IMG/VR virus record: IMGVR_UViG_3300020325_000034 | Span: 1-37,256 of that record | Reading direction: 5' to 3' (one strand) | Length of the DNA stretch: 37,256 nucleotides | DNA from: a virus | Taxonomy: Duplodnaviria > Caudoviricetes | Shown here: positions 19,720 to 27,468 of the stretch, piece after piece | Position numbering within the stretch: the stretch's first letter is position 1 | How the letters are laid out: each line of letters begins with the position of its first letter | Notes under the pieces: generated by a model | Told to the model about the DNA's origin: nothing | Database searches by the model: none | The model's input: only the letters and a program-made list of their open reading frames with translations | Position numbers and translations under genes: made by a program

Positions 19720-20234
19720 ATTCGTTTAAACTTAAATGCTCCATAATCAGATCCCCAAACCTTACGGTTGGTTGTTGCATCAAGACCACGATCTAAAACT
19801 TCGTAGTATTCTTGAGACAACTGGACTTCATTGGCAACATAAGTTTTGATGTTGCCACGCATGACCCAACATTCGCAGGTATCACTTTTACCTTTGAATA
19901 GTTTTGGTCCATGCTGCTTCATAATATTATCACATGATGATCGGTATGTCAAGCGGTCATCAGTGAGTTTATCTAAATTCTTGCAGTTGATAAATTCTGC
20001 AGGATTTTCGATCTCATAGTTCTTCAGGCGTAGTTGTTCGCCCTCATCAACTACTTCAATTACAAATTGTCTGTATGGTCGGTTGAGCAGGTAGTTGTAT
20101 GCCTGCTCACCATAGAATCGATTGTCTGAAATCTTTTTATGTGTTACCCGAATGTGTGCATAACGGGTAGGATGAGATTGTGCTTGACGTTTATTAGAGA
20201 AGGTGCCTTCAAATAATTCAAGAAACGTGTTCAT
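19710..20234 (-). CDS. cpeT: CpeT/CpcT-family (T-type) phycobiliprotein lyase
   Basis: Family motifs GxFSNxxQA...P..YAHI, FYGEQAY...PYRQ, DRGLD and VWGSxxGxFxF. Confidence 0.92.
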   Translation of the reverse strand: MNTFLELFEGTFSNKRQAQSHPTRYAHIRVTHKKISDNRFYGEQAYNYLLNRPYRQFVIEVVDEGEQLRLKNYEIENPAEFINCKNLDKLTDDRLTYRSSCDNIMKQHGPKLFKGKSDTCECWVMRGNIKTYVANEVQLSQEYYEVLDRGLDATTNRKVWGSDYGAFKFKRMPL

Positions 20235-20496
20235 CAGGTAAAACTTCAGGATTAACGAGATCTAATTCAAACAATACAGGGTGGCATTCTTCAGCAATCA
20301 AATAGTCAGAGAATCTGAAGATATCTTCTAGTGAATACTCTGGATTAATTGCTGCTTCAGACAAGATCCACTTGTCTTCTTTTTCATGCTTTTCAAGAAC
20401 ATCAAATGCAAAAGGCATGTTCTCAACATAATACATTAGAACGGGTTCGTTGTCAACGAAAACATGTTTCCTGCTGATTGTGTACTTCTGAGTCAT
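20218..20496 (-). CDS. Hypothetical cyanophage protein (92 aa)
   Basis: The start was moved to ATG 20496 because the track's longer start lies inside tRNA-Leu. A TTAAATA late-like motif is at 20519..20525. The 3' end overlaps the cpeT start. Confidence 0.75.
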   Translation of the reverse strand: MTQKYTISRKHVFVDNEPVLMYYVENMPFAFDVLEKHEKEDKWILSEAAINPEYSLEDIFRFSDYLIAEECHPVLFELDLVNPEVLPDEHVS

Positions 20497-20532
20497 TGTC
20501 AGTCTTTCCTGATAATAGTATTTAACAGGAAA

Positions 20533-20617
20533 TGCGAGTGGCGGGACTTGAACCCGCAAGAACGTAACGTTCGACAGATTTTAAGTCTGGTGTGTTTACC
20601 AATTTCACCACACTCGC
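20533..20617 (-). tRNA. trnL: tRNA-Leu (TAA)
   Basis: GCGAGTG/CACTCGC acceptor, CAGA-CTTAAAA-TCTG anticodon arm, long variable arm GAACG-TTA-CGTTC, GGTTCAAGTCC. Confidence 0.96.
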
Positions 20618-20679
20618 AAGTGTGAGAGGCGGAGAACTGTTTGTCGTTCCCTCTTACTGTTTTGCCCCTCAACACAGTT

Positions 20680-20688
20680 ATTATACCA
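20680..20688 (-). promoter_or_regulatory. Extended -10 promoter TGGTATAAT upstream of tRNA-Leu
   Basis: TGn plus a perfect TATAAT about 60 nt upstream of the tRNA; the -35 is poor. Confidence 0.6.
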
Positions 20689-20690
20689 TA

Positions 20691-20828
20691 TTAAGTAGGT
20701 CTTGTGGGAGGTGCAGACAGTCTAGTGATTGACTGCTGCTTAATGAATGCCTTGAGCTCAGGTGTCTCATCCCATTCCCAGATCTCTTCACGTCCCTTAC
20801 TATCGGTCTTCTTAAACGTTTTCTTCAT
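20691..20828 (-). CDS. Small hypothetical protein (45 aa) MKKTFKKTDSKGREEIWEWDETPELKAFIK...; below the ORF track cutoff
   Basis: Open frame with AGGAG upstream; it overlaps the end of 20812..21012. Confidence 0.6.
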   Translation of the reverse strand: MKKTFKKTDSKGREEIWEWDETPELKAFIKQQSITRLSAPPTRPT

Positions 20829-21012
20829 TGGAAATCTCCTCTAGTTTGTCCATTATACCATCAAATGAACCAATATGCTCAATCTCAGAAATAAGACCAG
20901 CAATCTGTTTACAAACGATGGGTCGCTCTTGTCTAGCAGCATATGCTAGAGCATTACGTAGAGATGCAGAAGCTTCCTGCAAACTCTCTTGTACTTGATT
21001 ACCTAAAGCCAT
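20812..21012 (-). CDS. Hypothetical cyanophage protein (66 aa, helical)
   Basis: ORF directly behind a sigma70 promoter, with AAGG upstream. Confidence 0.75.
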   Translation of the reverse strand: MALGNQVQESLQEASASLRNALAYAARQERPIVCKQIAGLISEIEHIGSFDGIMDKLEEISNEENV

Positions 21013-21038
21013 TACCCTTCTGAAACTTGGACAGTGTT

Positions 21039-21067
21039 ATTCTACTGAGTTTCTTAGGATCTGTCAA
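21039..21067 (-). promoter_or_regulatory. Sigma70-type promoter TTGACA-N17-TAGAAT
   Basis: Perfect -35 at 21062..21067, 17-bp spacer, -10 at 21039..21044. Confidence 0.85.
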
Positions 21068-21069
21068 GA

Positions 21070-21309
21070 TCAGTGAAACATTCCCTTGTTATTCATATAG
21101 TTCAGGGTTTCTTTCAAAGTACCTCTGAACATACCAATAGAGATCATAGGATAATCTACCTCATCGCCAAACTCATCTCTGAATTGACCTTCAGTAAAAT
21201 GCTTGTCTCTTTCATAAACGACCACTTCGTCAAGATGAACTGCACTCATGAGAGATGCTGCTCTCTCGCATTCTTGACTACCGTTAGAATAAATGGATGC
21301 TTGCATCAT
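21070..21309 (-). CDS. Glutaredoxin-like protein with a degenerate active site (SQEC)
   Basis: IYSxxSQECERA at the CxxC position, F...FG...YPMI cis-Pro motif, about 80 aa. Confidence 0.6.
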   Translation of the reverse strand: MMQASIYSNGSQECERAASLMSAVHLDEVVVYERDKHFTEGQFRDEFGDEVDYPMISIGMFRGTLKETLNYMNNKGMFH

Positions 21310-21980
21310 TGTCTGTGATTGTACCTGCGAATTGTATGTATAATTTGTGAAATTAGAAAACTTGGATTTGTTTGAGACTCCTCAATTGTGTCTAAGACTG
21401 GAGTTTCTCCAAGTATTTCCTTGCATTTAAAGAGATCGGTCATAGCATCTCTGAGTTTCTCATTTTTGAACTCAGACTTTGCCCAGAACACAGCGACATC
21501 TCTCATTCCCCTGGTCACTTCATTTACCTGATGTGCTATACCGCACTCATAGGTAATCATCATGCCAGGAGTTAATTTGATCTTTTCTACCTTACCATCT
21601 GACCATAGACACAACTCTCCACCATCATATTCTGACGGGTCAGAGAGAAAAAGGGTGTTGCTAAAGTCTCCTAAGGTATGAGTATCAAAGTGTGGTTTGT
21701 AGAACCCGCCAGTGCGAGTCCTAGAGATAGTAATACCACTCGTTTTGATTGGAATGACAAAATCACCAAACTCTTTGTTCTTTGATAAAGCGTTAGCAAT
21801 CAATGCTGATGCCTTTTTGTAAGACTCAGCACCTTGATGCAGTTCGATATTGTTCTTGCGTTCTACATTGGCGATACGCTGTGATTTAGTACCACTAACC
21901 CAATTCTTACTAGCACCCACCCACGATCTAATCTGAGATACTTCGTCCTCAGTAAGAAGTTGGGTTGTGATATACCTCAT
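21306..21980 (-). CDS. 2OG-Fe(II) oxygenase, PKHD/PiuC(YbiX)-like
   Basis: YKPHFD (HxD), TLFLSDPSEYDGGEL, HQVNEVTRGMR (distal His and 2OG-binding Arg). Confidence 0.9.
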   Translation of the reverse strand: MRYITTQLLTEDEVSQIRSWVGASKNWVSGTKSQRIANVERKNNIELHQGAESYKKASALIANALSKNKEFGDFVIPIKTSGITISRTRTGGFYKPHFDTHTLGDFSNTLFLSDPSEYDGGELCLWSDGKVEKIKLTPGMMITYECGIAHQVNEVTRGMRDVAVFWAKSEFKNEKLRDAMTDLFKCKEILGETPVLDTIEESQTNPSFLISQIIHTIRRYNHRQ

Positions 21981-22204
21981 TTTTGTTTGTGGTCGTACTC
22001 AATTACAATTTTTCTGTGTTCAGTAGTTCTATCACAGCAAGTGAAATAGTGTGCTTTGCCCTTTAGAAGGTGTTCAATCTTTTCTACAAGATTATCAGCG
22101 ATTACTTTGTTCGTCGCTTCTTCCCAGGTAGCACCTTCCACTAACTTATCCACTCCTTCTAGATGATTTGCCACAGCAATTTTTCTAAAGTTGTCATCGA
22201 TCAT
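21977..22204 (-). CDS. Hypothetical protein (about 75 aa)
   Basis: The start was moved to ATG 22204 to minimise overlap; ATGA coupling with the downstream oxygenase. Confidence 0.65.
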   Translation of the reverse strand: MIDDNFRKIAVANHLEGVDKLVEGATWEEATNKVIADNLVEKIEHLLKGKAHYFTCCDRTTEHRKIVIEYDHKQK

Positions 22205-22376
22205 TTTGCCAGTCGTCAATTTGTTCTTGTGTAGGGACATTGATTCGGAATGCCATGCCTTCCTCCTCAAACTCCTCATTCATTTTTTCGTAGGTCTCAG
22301 GTGTAATCTTATTGACCTTTTTATGCATCTTTCGGTACTGTTCGGCACCTAGGTTGTCCAGAAAATCGTTAGTCAC
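22194..22376 (-). CDS. Hypothetical protein (about 60 aa, MTNDFLDNLG...)
   Basis: GTG at 22376 is preceded by GGAGA; it tiles with its neighbours. Confidence 0.65.
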   Translation of the reverse strand: MTNDFLDNLGAEQYRKMHKKVNKITPETYEKMNEEFEEEGMAFRINVPTQEQIDDWQNDR

Positions 22377-22683
22377 GTTGTCTCCAATCGTCAGGTTTGT
22401 CTTGTTTGAACCAGTCAACGATCTCATCCGCACCATCAAACCCTGTACGGTAGTTGGAGGGGTCTGGATCTCCCAAACCCATCTTATTCATGAAATCGTC
22501 CATTGTGCCTTCCTGGATGTCCTGTGCCGCCTGACGGCGTGCTTTGTTCAACCAGTCTCTAGCAGTTGTATGAGCCTTGGCAAGTTTCTCTGCCCAGATC
22601 ATGTCCTCTAGTTTTACATCCTCCTTGTTTGCGATCTTCTTACAGATGAATTCTAAGCGTAGTCTGTATTGAGTAGATAGCAT
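22369..22683 (-). CDS. Conserved cyanomyovirus hypothetical protein (MLSTQYRLRLEFIC...)
   Basis: Clean 104-aa ORF; the N-terminus and the DPDPSN/DDWRQRD motifs are recognisable from cyanophage hypotheticals. Confidence 0.8.
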   Translation of the reverse strand: MLSTQYRLRLEFICKKIANKEDVKLEDMIWAEKLAKAHTTARDWLNKARRQAAQDIQEGTMDDFMNKMGLGDPDPSNYRTGFDGADEIVDWFKQDKPDDWRQRD

Positions 22684-22684
22684 G

Positions 22685-22879
22685 TCAGTCTCGTAGTTTT
22701 AGTTCCAGATCTTCGAGTCGATGATATTCAGCATGTGCCCGCTCTTGGCGATCACATACGATGTCGAGAATATCTCTCATGATTATATCGTTATCAACGT
22801 AGTCGTCAAGGTACTTATCCACTGCCTCTTTGAGGTATCTGTACCTATGCCATTCCTGTGAATAGGGTTTGTAGTTCAT
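22685..22879 (-). CDS. Hypothetical protein (64 aa)
   Basis: First ORF behind a CTAAATA late-like motif (22899..22905). Confidence 0.75.
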   Translation of the reverse strand: MNYKPYSQEWHRYRYLKEAVDKYLDDYVDNDIIMRDILDIVCDRQERAHAEYHRLEDLELKLRD

Positions 22880-22911
22880 GATAAAAGATCATTCAATGTA
22901 TTTAGAGTACG

Positions 22912-22942
22912 AAAAAAGGGGCACCCTGAAACAGGGCACCCC
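22912..22942 (-). terminator. Rho-independent terminator
   Basis: GGGGTGCCCTG-TTT-CAGGGTGCCCC followed by TTTTTT; the two G:U pairs form only on the minus strand. Confidence 0.85.
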
Positions 22943-22996
22943 AATTTGGTGTTCCGACTTTTGAAGCGACCGCACGAAAGATCGCATCATTATTTA

Positions 22997-23374
22997 TCAG
23001 AAGGAATACTTGAGTCCGAGCTTAGCTCCGTATCCACGGTCCAGATCGTCATCACCAGAACCGACGAAGGAGACCTCGCCATATGCGCCAAGTGCCTCGG
23101 TCAGACCCAGACCGACACCTGCCTTACCAGAGGGAACGGTGTCAGTGTCGCCGCCGTCTGGAGTCAGCACAGTAGCGCCGCCCTGGATGTAGTATGAACC
23201 AGTTTCACTGAAAGTTCCCTCGTAGCCTACGTGGAGATCTGTCGCGGCACCGTTATATTCCGAGCCAGTCCATCCAGCATTGGTTTCTACGTTGACGTAG
23301 GGTCCTGCAAGGGCAGCACCAGGAGCAGCGAAAGCAGCAGCTGCAGCGGCAGCAGCAAAAGCAGTTTTGATCAT
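22997..23374 (-). CDS. Host-like small outer-membrane beta-barrel protein with signal peptide (125 aa)
   Basis: MIK plus an Ala-rich signal peptide with an ALA cleavage site, alternating amphipathic beta strands, C-terminal GLKYSF BAM signal, AAGGA SD; visibly more GC-rich than its neighbours. Confidence 0.8.
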   Translation of the reverse strand: MIKTAFAAAAAAAAFAAPGAALAGPYVNVETNAGWTGSEYNGAATDLHVGYEGTFSETGSYYIQGGATVLTPDGGDTDTVPSGKAGVGLGLTEALGAYGEVSFVGSGDDDLDRGYGAKLGLKYSF

Positions 23375-23525
23375 TGTTGTTTTCCTTTTGTGTTGTTTAC
23401 TTGTGGAGTGATTACCCACAGATGGTGGATGAGGTTAGACCCCCATCGCATGAATACAATTTATCAGGTCTGCCCCGAAAAAACAACCCCCCTTGTGCCA
23501 ATTTTATATTCGGATATCCTAACAA

Positions 23526-24527
23526 TCAGTTAAGTAAAATTAATGCACCCTTGATGTTGACAGCACCAGCAGCGTTAATATTTGCGATACCGCCTGCCTT
23601 GGCGCTGAAGTTAAGTCCAGCATCTTCAGTGATAGACAGTCCTGCCTTGACATCGTATGCAAGACCTGCCTTAGAACTGATAAAGTCAGCAGAATCATAT
23701 GTCTGACCACCAATAGCAGTCTTAACAGAGTATGCTGAATCTCTCGCCTTAATGAGTGGTGGAAGTCCTGGACCGCCAGCAACGATATGCTGTTCTATAC
23801 CACCAATCCACTGCTTGTAGTCTCCCAAAATTGTCCAGTTGATATGACCAGGAGATACAATATTAGCAGATGCTCTAGGGTCAAACGATACCTTTGTGTC
23901 TTCTGAAACACCTACAGATATCTTTTGTCCCAAAAGTATTTCCTGAACATTGCTGGTGGTAGTCTCAATATTACCAGCATTCATGATGATAGCACCGCCA
24001 CCATTAGTTCCTGACTGGATATTGACCTGTGTCTTACCAACCAACATCAGTTCTTCAGTCGCTTCAATTAGAATCTTCTTTGCTCTAATATAACGACTAG
24101 AACCAACACTCTGCTCAACATAATCACCATAACATACTAGGTTCAATGCTTGTCCTTCACCATCATCACCAGCATTGAATTGAATGTCTGCTCTGTTTTC
24201 GTGCTTCGCTTGGTATCCCCAACTATGGACACACAACTTACCACTACCAGGACCAGACTCTTTGTCTTTTCTACCAGTGATTAGTTTGATTTGTCCTAGA
24301 CTGGTCTGAACAATAGCAGCTGCTCCAGAAGAAGAGTCTGGTCCTTGGATACGTAATGCTTTTGATTGATCATCAGGAAGAGTTCTCTCATAGATGTGAG
24401 AGCGGGTCATGGTGCCCTTGTACCACGATCTAATCCTAGGTTTATCCGTTAGAGACTGAGACTCGTCAGGACTCTTAGGTTTGGCAATAGTCTTTGGATA
24501 TGTAGAGGCGGGTTTTTGTATTGACAT
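23526..24527 (-). CDS. gp5 C-terminal-like central spike (beta-helix) protein, 333 aa
   Basis: ATG overlaps the gp5 stop (TAATG); C-terminal ~8-residue repeats SSKAGLAY/DVKAGLSI/TEDAGLNF/SAKAGGIA/NINAAGAV/NIKGALILLN. Confidence 0.65.
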   Translation of the reverse strand: MSIQKPASTYPKTIAKPKSPDESQSLTDKPRIRSWYKGTMTRSHIYERTLPDDQSKALRIQGPDSSSGAAAIVQTSLGQIKLITGRKDKESGPGSGKLCVHSWGYQAKHENRADIQFNAGDDGEGQALNLVCYGDYVEQSVGSSRYIRAKKILIEATEELMLVGKTQVNIQSGTNGGGAIIMNAGNIETTTSNVQEILLGQKISVGVSEDTKVSFDPRASANIVSPGHINWTILGDYKQWIGGIEQHIVAGGPGLPPLIKARDSAYSVKTAIGGQTYDSADFISSKAGLAYDVKAGLSITEDAGLNFSAKAGGIANINAAGAVNIKGALILLN

Positions 24528-27463
24528 TATGGGCAATCCACGTAGCGACCAGTTCCGACCTTAGTGGAACCAATTGTAGTAAGTTCATTTGTATCTAGAC
24601 ATGCTAGTGATGGCAATAGTTTAGCACCATATCCATTGCCGCCAATGATTAGAATCTCTGGGAATCTCTCGTATGTTGTTACTCTATCCAAGATTCTTGC
24701 ACCAATGACAAATCCATCTTCATTGATAATTGCTTCAGCAGCATCTGGATTGCCATCAATATAAATCGTTGGTTTTTCAGTATATCCAATGCCAGGTCTG
24801 ATTAGTGTGAATGAATCAATGATACATCTCTTTCCAGCATCAGTCGCTTGGTTTAGTTTGTATCCATAACCAGGAGACTTGACACGGATCTCTGTAAGAT
24901 AACCTTTGTCATCCAACAAAGCGGTTGCAGTTGCACCAATACCTTGACCAGTGATGAATACGTATGGTGGTTCTGCCCATCTATCACCAGGGTTATCAAT
25001 TCTAATCTCGATGATTCCACCATTGTCATCAGTGATTGGTGGTTCAGTTGTGGGTTCTCTGAAGTCATCGAACGAAGTATCAGGTGTATCGCCAACACCT
25101 TGATCAAAGTCATCTAGATCAGAACTATCTGTCAAGATAATTACATCTGCAAATGCTCCTGTTCCATTAACAGTGAATCTAAGAACTTCAGCATCTTCTA
25201 CAGCAGTATCATCTTCGATACCAACTACAACTCTTGCAGTATTATCGTTGATAACAAACTCACCAGTGGTCAATCCACCAATGATATCACTGCTTGTAAT
25301 ATCATCACCAGACAAAGTGTAGTACAAGAATGTTCCATTCTCAACATTCTGTGTCTCAATAGTATAAACAATGAACTCGCCTTCTGGACATGTTGCTCTA
25401 TCAGCGACAACATCTACAGTCTGAACGATTTCATTTCCAGTATCATCATCCAGACCATCACCATCTGTATCTGTACCAAGATCAGGATCAGGTACTTCCT
25501 GATCAAATTCAGTCTGGTCTACTACTTTAATTACATCGTCAGTAAATGTATCTTTATATTCATATGGATTTTTTATATTTCCTCTGTATGGATCGCGTGG
25601 TTCAAACAACCTACCTTCTGTAATAGTACAGATGCCAATGTTCTTATCAAAAGTTGTTTGTACATCACTTCCAAGCATAGGAGTATTTTTCCTCAAGATG
25701 ATGTAGAAGTCTTCATCTGCTTCTCTCTCAACAGATTGAACTGTTCTGATAGTAATAGTCTTTTCTGTTTCACCTGGAGCAAATCCAAGGATATCATTTA
25801 CTGGGATATAGTCCTCTTGCTCTTTCGCAGAACCTTTATACTTAAGAGTTCTATATTTGACTGATGAAGATGATTCAGTATATCCAGTCCTAGTCACCGT
25901 GAACTGTGCAAACTCACCTTCTTCGACCAGGATATCGTCGATGTGATATACAATACGCTTCCTTTGTCTTGTACCATCATTATCATTTGGATCATCCGTA
26001 GATGTGGTGTCTGTGCCATCACCATCGCCAGGGATGTTGCCAGTATTGCCACCAAACAGAGGAACACCACCAGTGAATCCAATAGTTGTGAAGTCTAGTG
26101 GTTTGCCCTCATATGCATCTCCACAAACATACTGGGTGTAATCAGCACCAGTTGCTGGGAATAGATTATCAATGCTTTCTAACAGACCATCTAGGAAGTC
26201 TCTCTCCTCTAGTTTTTCTGCTCCATTGGTACAGGTCTGCTTCTTCTTCGCGCAAGATCTATCTGGACCTGAGCAGGAAATTCCTAGTAGGTTCATAACA
26301 AAACTAATTGCACCACCAAGAATGTTTAGTGGGGCAGCGATTGCGCCAAGGATGTCATTTAATGGACCAAGAACGCTATCGAGAAGATCAGTCATCAATG
26401 AGTTGATCTTCGACATGATGCCATTAACTAGAGCATCAACTTGACATGCAGCAGCACGATAAATCTGCTCCACATAACTCATTAGGAGATCAGTCAAGAA
26501 ATCTGCTAGACGATCACCTAGGTCTGCCATTGAGCAACCAAGTTGCTTCAGCAGATTATTGAAGAATACTGTTACTGGTGTAAGCGAATTACCTGTATCT
26601 GAAGGGAATAGCAGTGCCTTGATAAGGTCTTTCACTGCATTGGTAAGTTTCTCAATAACAAATCCTTTTACCTTAGCAACGAATTCCTGAACAACTTTCA
26701 TTGCTTTATTGACATAGCCTCGTGCCATGCCAATGCCATCCATCAAACCACCAGTTGACTTATTGACTAAGTAAGTTCCAACATTTCCGCCATTGTTTTG
26801 TACAGCAGCAAGGAACTCTCCCATGATGCCCGTCATCTGGGACATCATATCATCTTCATCACATTTTTCTGCCTTTGACTGACACCAGTCTTCTGAAGCA
26901 GAAGTTTCATTTACTAATGGATCTACAATTGATGGTGGTGTTGCAACACGATCATTTCCATCGCCATCTACAGTACCGTCGTATAATCCACCAGTAGCAG
27001 TGTTCTTTTCAGTCCCCTGCTGCAGTGGAGATCCATCTGTTTGAGCATTTACCTGTGGAATTGCTGTAGTAAATGGTGGCGTATCTGGTGTTCGCTCAAC
27101 AAATACTTTGGTAGCACCAGGAGTCTGTCCAATAGAACCCATGATGATGGGTTTTTGTTTTTCGGTATCCATGTAGAAACCGACAACCCAACATCCGATC
27201 TCTAATTGAGGGTGTGCTCCACCACCATTACCAGGAATAAATGGAACAGTCACAGGCATCATCACAGTTGCCCATGGCAAATCCGCAGTGCTAACCAGTT
27301 CGGGATCACCAGGATGATCCCCAACGATTCTCACTTTGAATCTATAACCGCCTTTGTTGTTTTTCTCATCAGCAGCGGTTCCTTCAATTTGACCTACCCA
27401 CCATTGGAAACCATCATTACCAATGCGCTGAGTAGGCAGCAACTGTGATACTAACTGATCCAT
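24527..27463 (-). CDS. gp5: Baseplate hub protein gp5 (N-terminal OB-fold) with a Calx-beta-like domain and C-terminal PGxGY repeats
   Basis: FQWWVGQIE...RFKVRIVGDH...LPWA...WVVGFYMD...QKPIIMGSI is the T4 gp5 OB-fold signature; no lysozyme motif was seen. Confidence 0.85.
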   Translation of the reverse strand: MDQLVSQLLPTQRIGNDGFQWWVGQIEGTAADEKNNKGGYRFKVRIVGDHPGDPELVSTADLPWATVMMPVTVPFIPGNGGGAHPQLEIGCWVVGFYMDTEKQKPIIMGSIGQTPGATKVFVERTPDTPPFTTAIPQVNAQTDGSPLQQGTEKNTATGGLYDGTVDGDGNDRVATPPSIVDPLVNETSASEDWCQSKAEKCDEDDMMSQMTGIMGEFLAAVQNNGGNVGTYLVNKSTGGLMDGIGMARGYVNKAMKVVQEFVAKVKGFVIEKLTNAVKDLIKALLFPSDTGNSLTPVTVFFNNLLKQLGCSMADLGDRLADFLTDLLMSYVEQIYRAAACQVDALVNGIMSKINSLMTDLLDSVLGPLNDILGAIAAPLNILGGAISFVMNLLGISCSGPDRSCAKKKQTCTNGAEKLEERDFLDGLLESIDNLFPATGADYTQYVCGDAYEGKPLDFTTIGFTGGVPLFGGNTGNIPGDGDGTDTTSTDDPNDNDGTRQRKRIVYHIDDILVEEGEFAQFTVTRTGYTESSSSVKYRTLKYKGSAKEQEDYIPVNDILGFAPGETEKTITIRTVQSVEREADEDFYIILRKNTPMLGSDVQTTFDKNIGICTITEGRLFEPRDPYRGNIKNPYEYKDTFTDDVIKVVDQTEFDQEVPDPDLGTDTDGDGLDDDTGNEIVQTVDVVADRATCPEGEFIVYTIETQNVENGTFLYYTLSGDDITSSDIIGGLTTGEFVINDNTARVVVGIEDDTAVEDAEVLRFTVNGTGAFADVIILTDSSDLDDFDQGVGDTPDTSFDDFREPTTEPPITDDNGGIIEIRIDNPGDRWAEPPYVFITGQGIGATATALLDDKGYLTEIRVKSPGYGYKLNQATDAGKRCIIDSFTLIRPGIGYTEKPTIYIDGNPDAAEAIINEDGFVIGARILDRVTTYERFPEILIIGGNGYGAKLLPSLACLDTNELTTIGSTKVGTGRYVDCP

Positions 27464-27468
27464 ATCAA

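Noticed and set aside
19412-19789. 125-aa minus-strand ORF in the track
   Set aside because: It runs through tRNA-Thr, tRNA-Ala, the structured spacer and into tRNA-Asn, so it is a shadow ORF.
23320-23365. GCA/GCT-rich low-complexity run as a tandem repeat
   Set aside because: It encodes the poly-Ala signal peptide.
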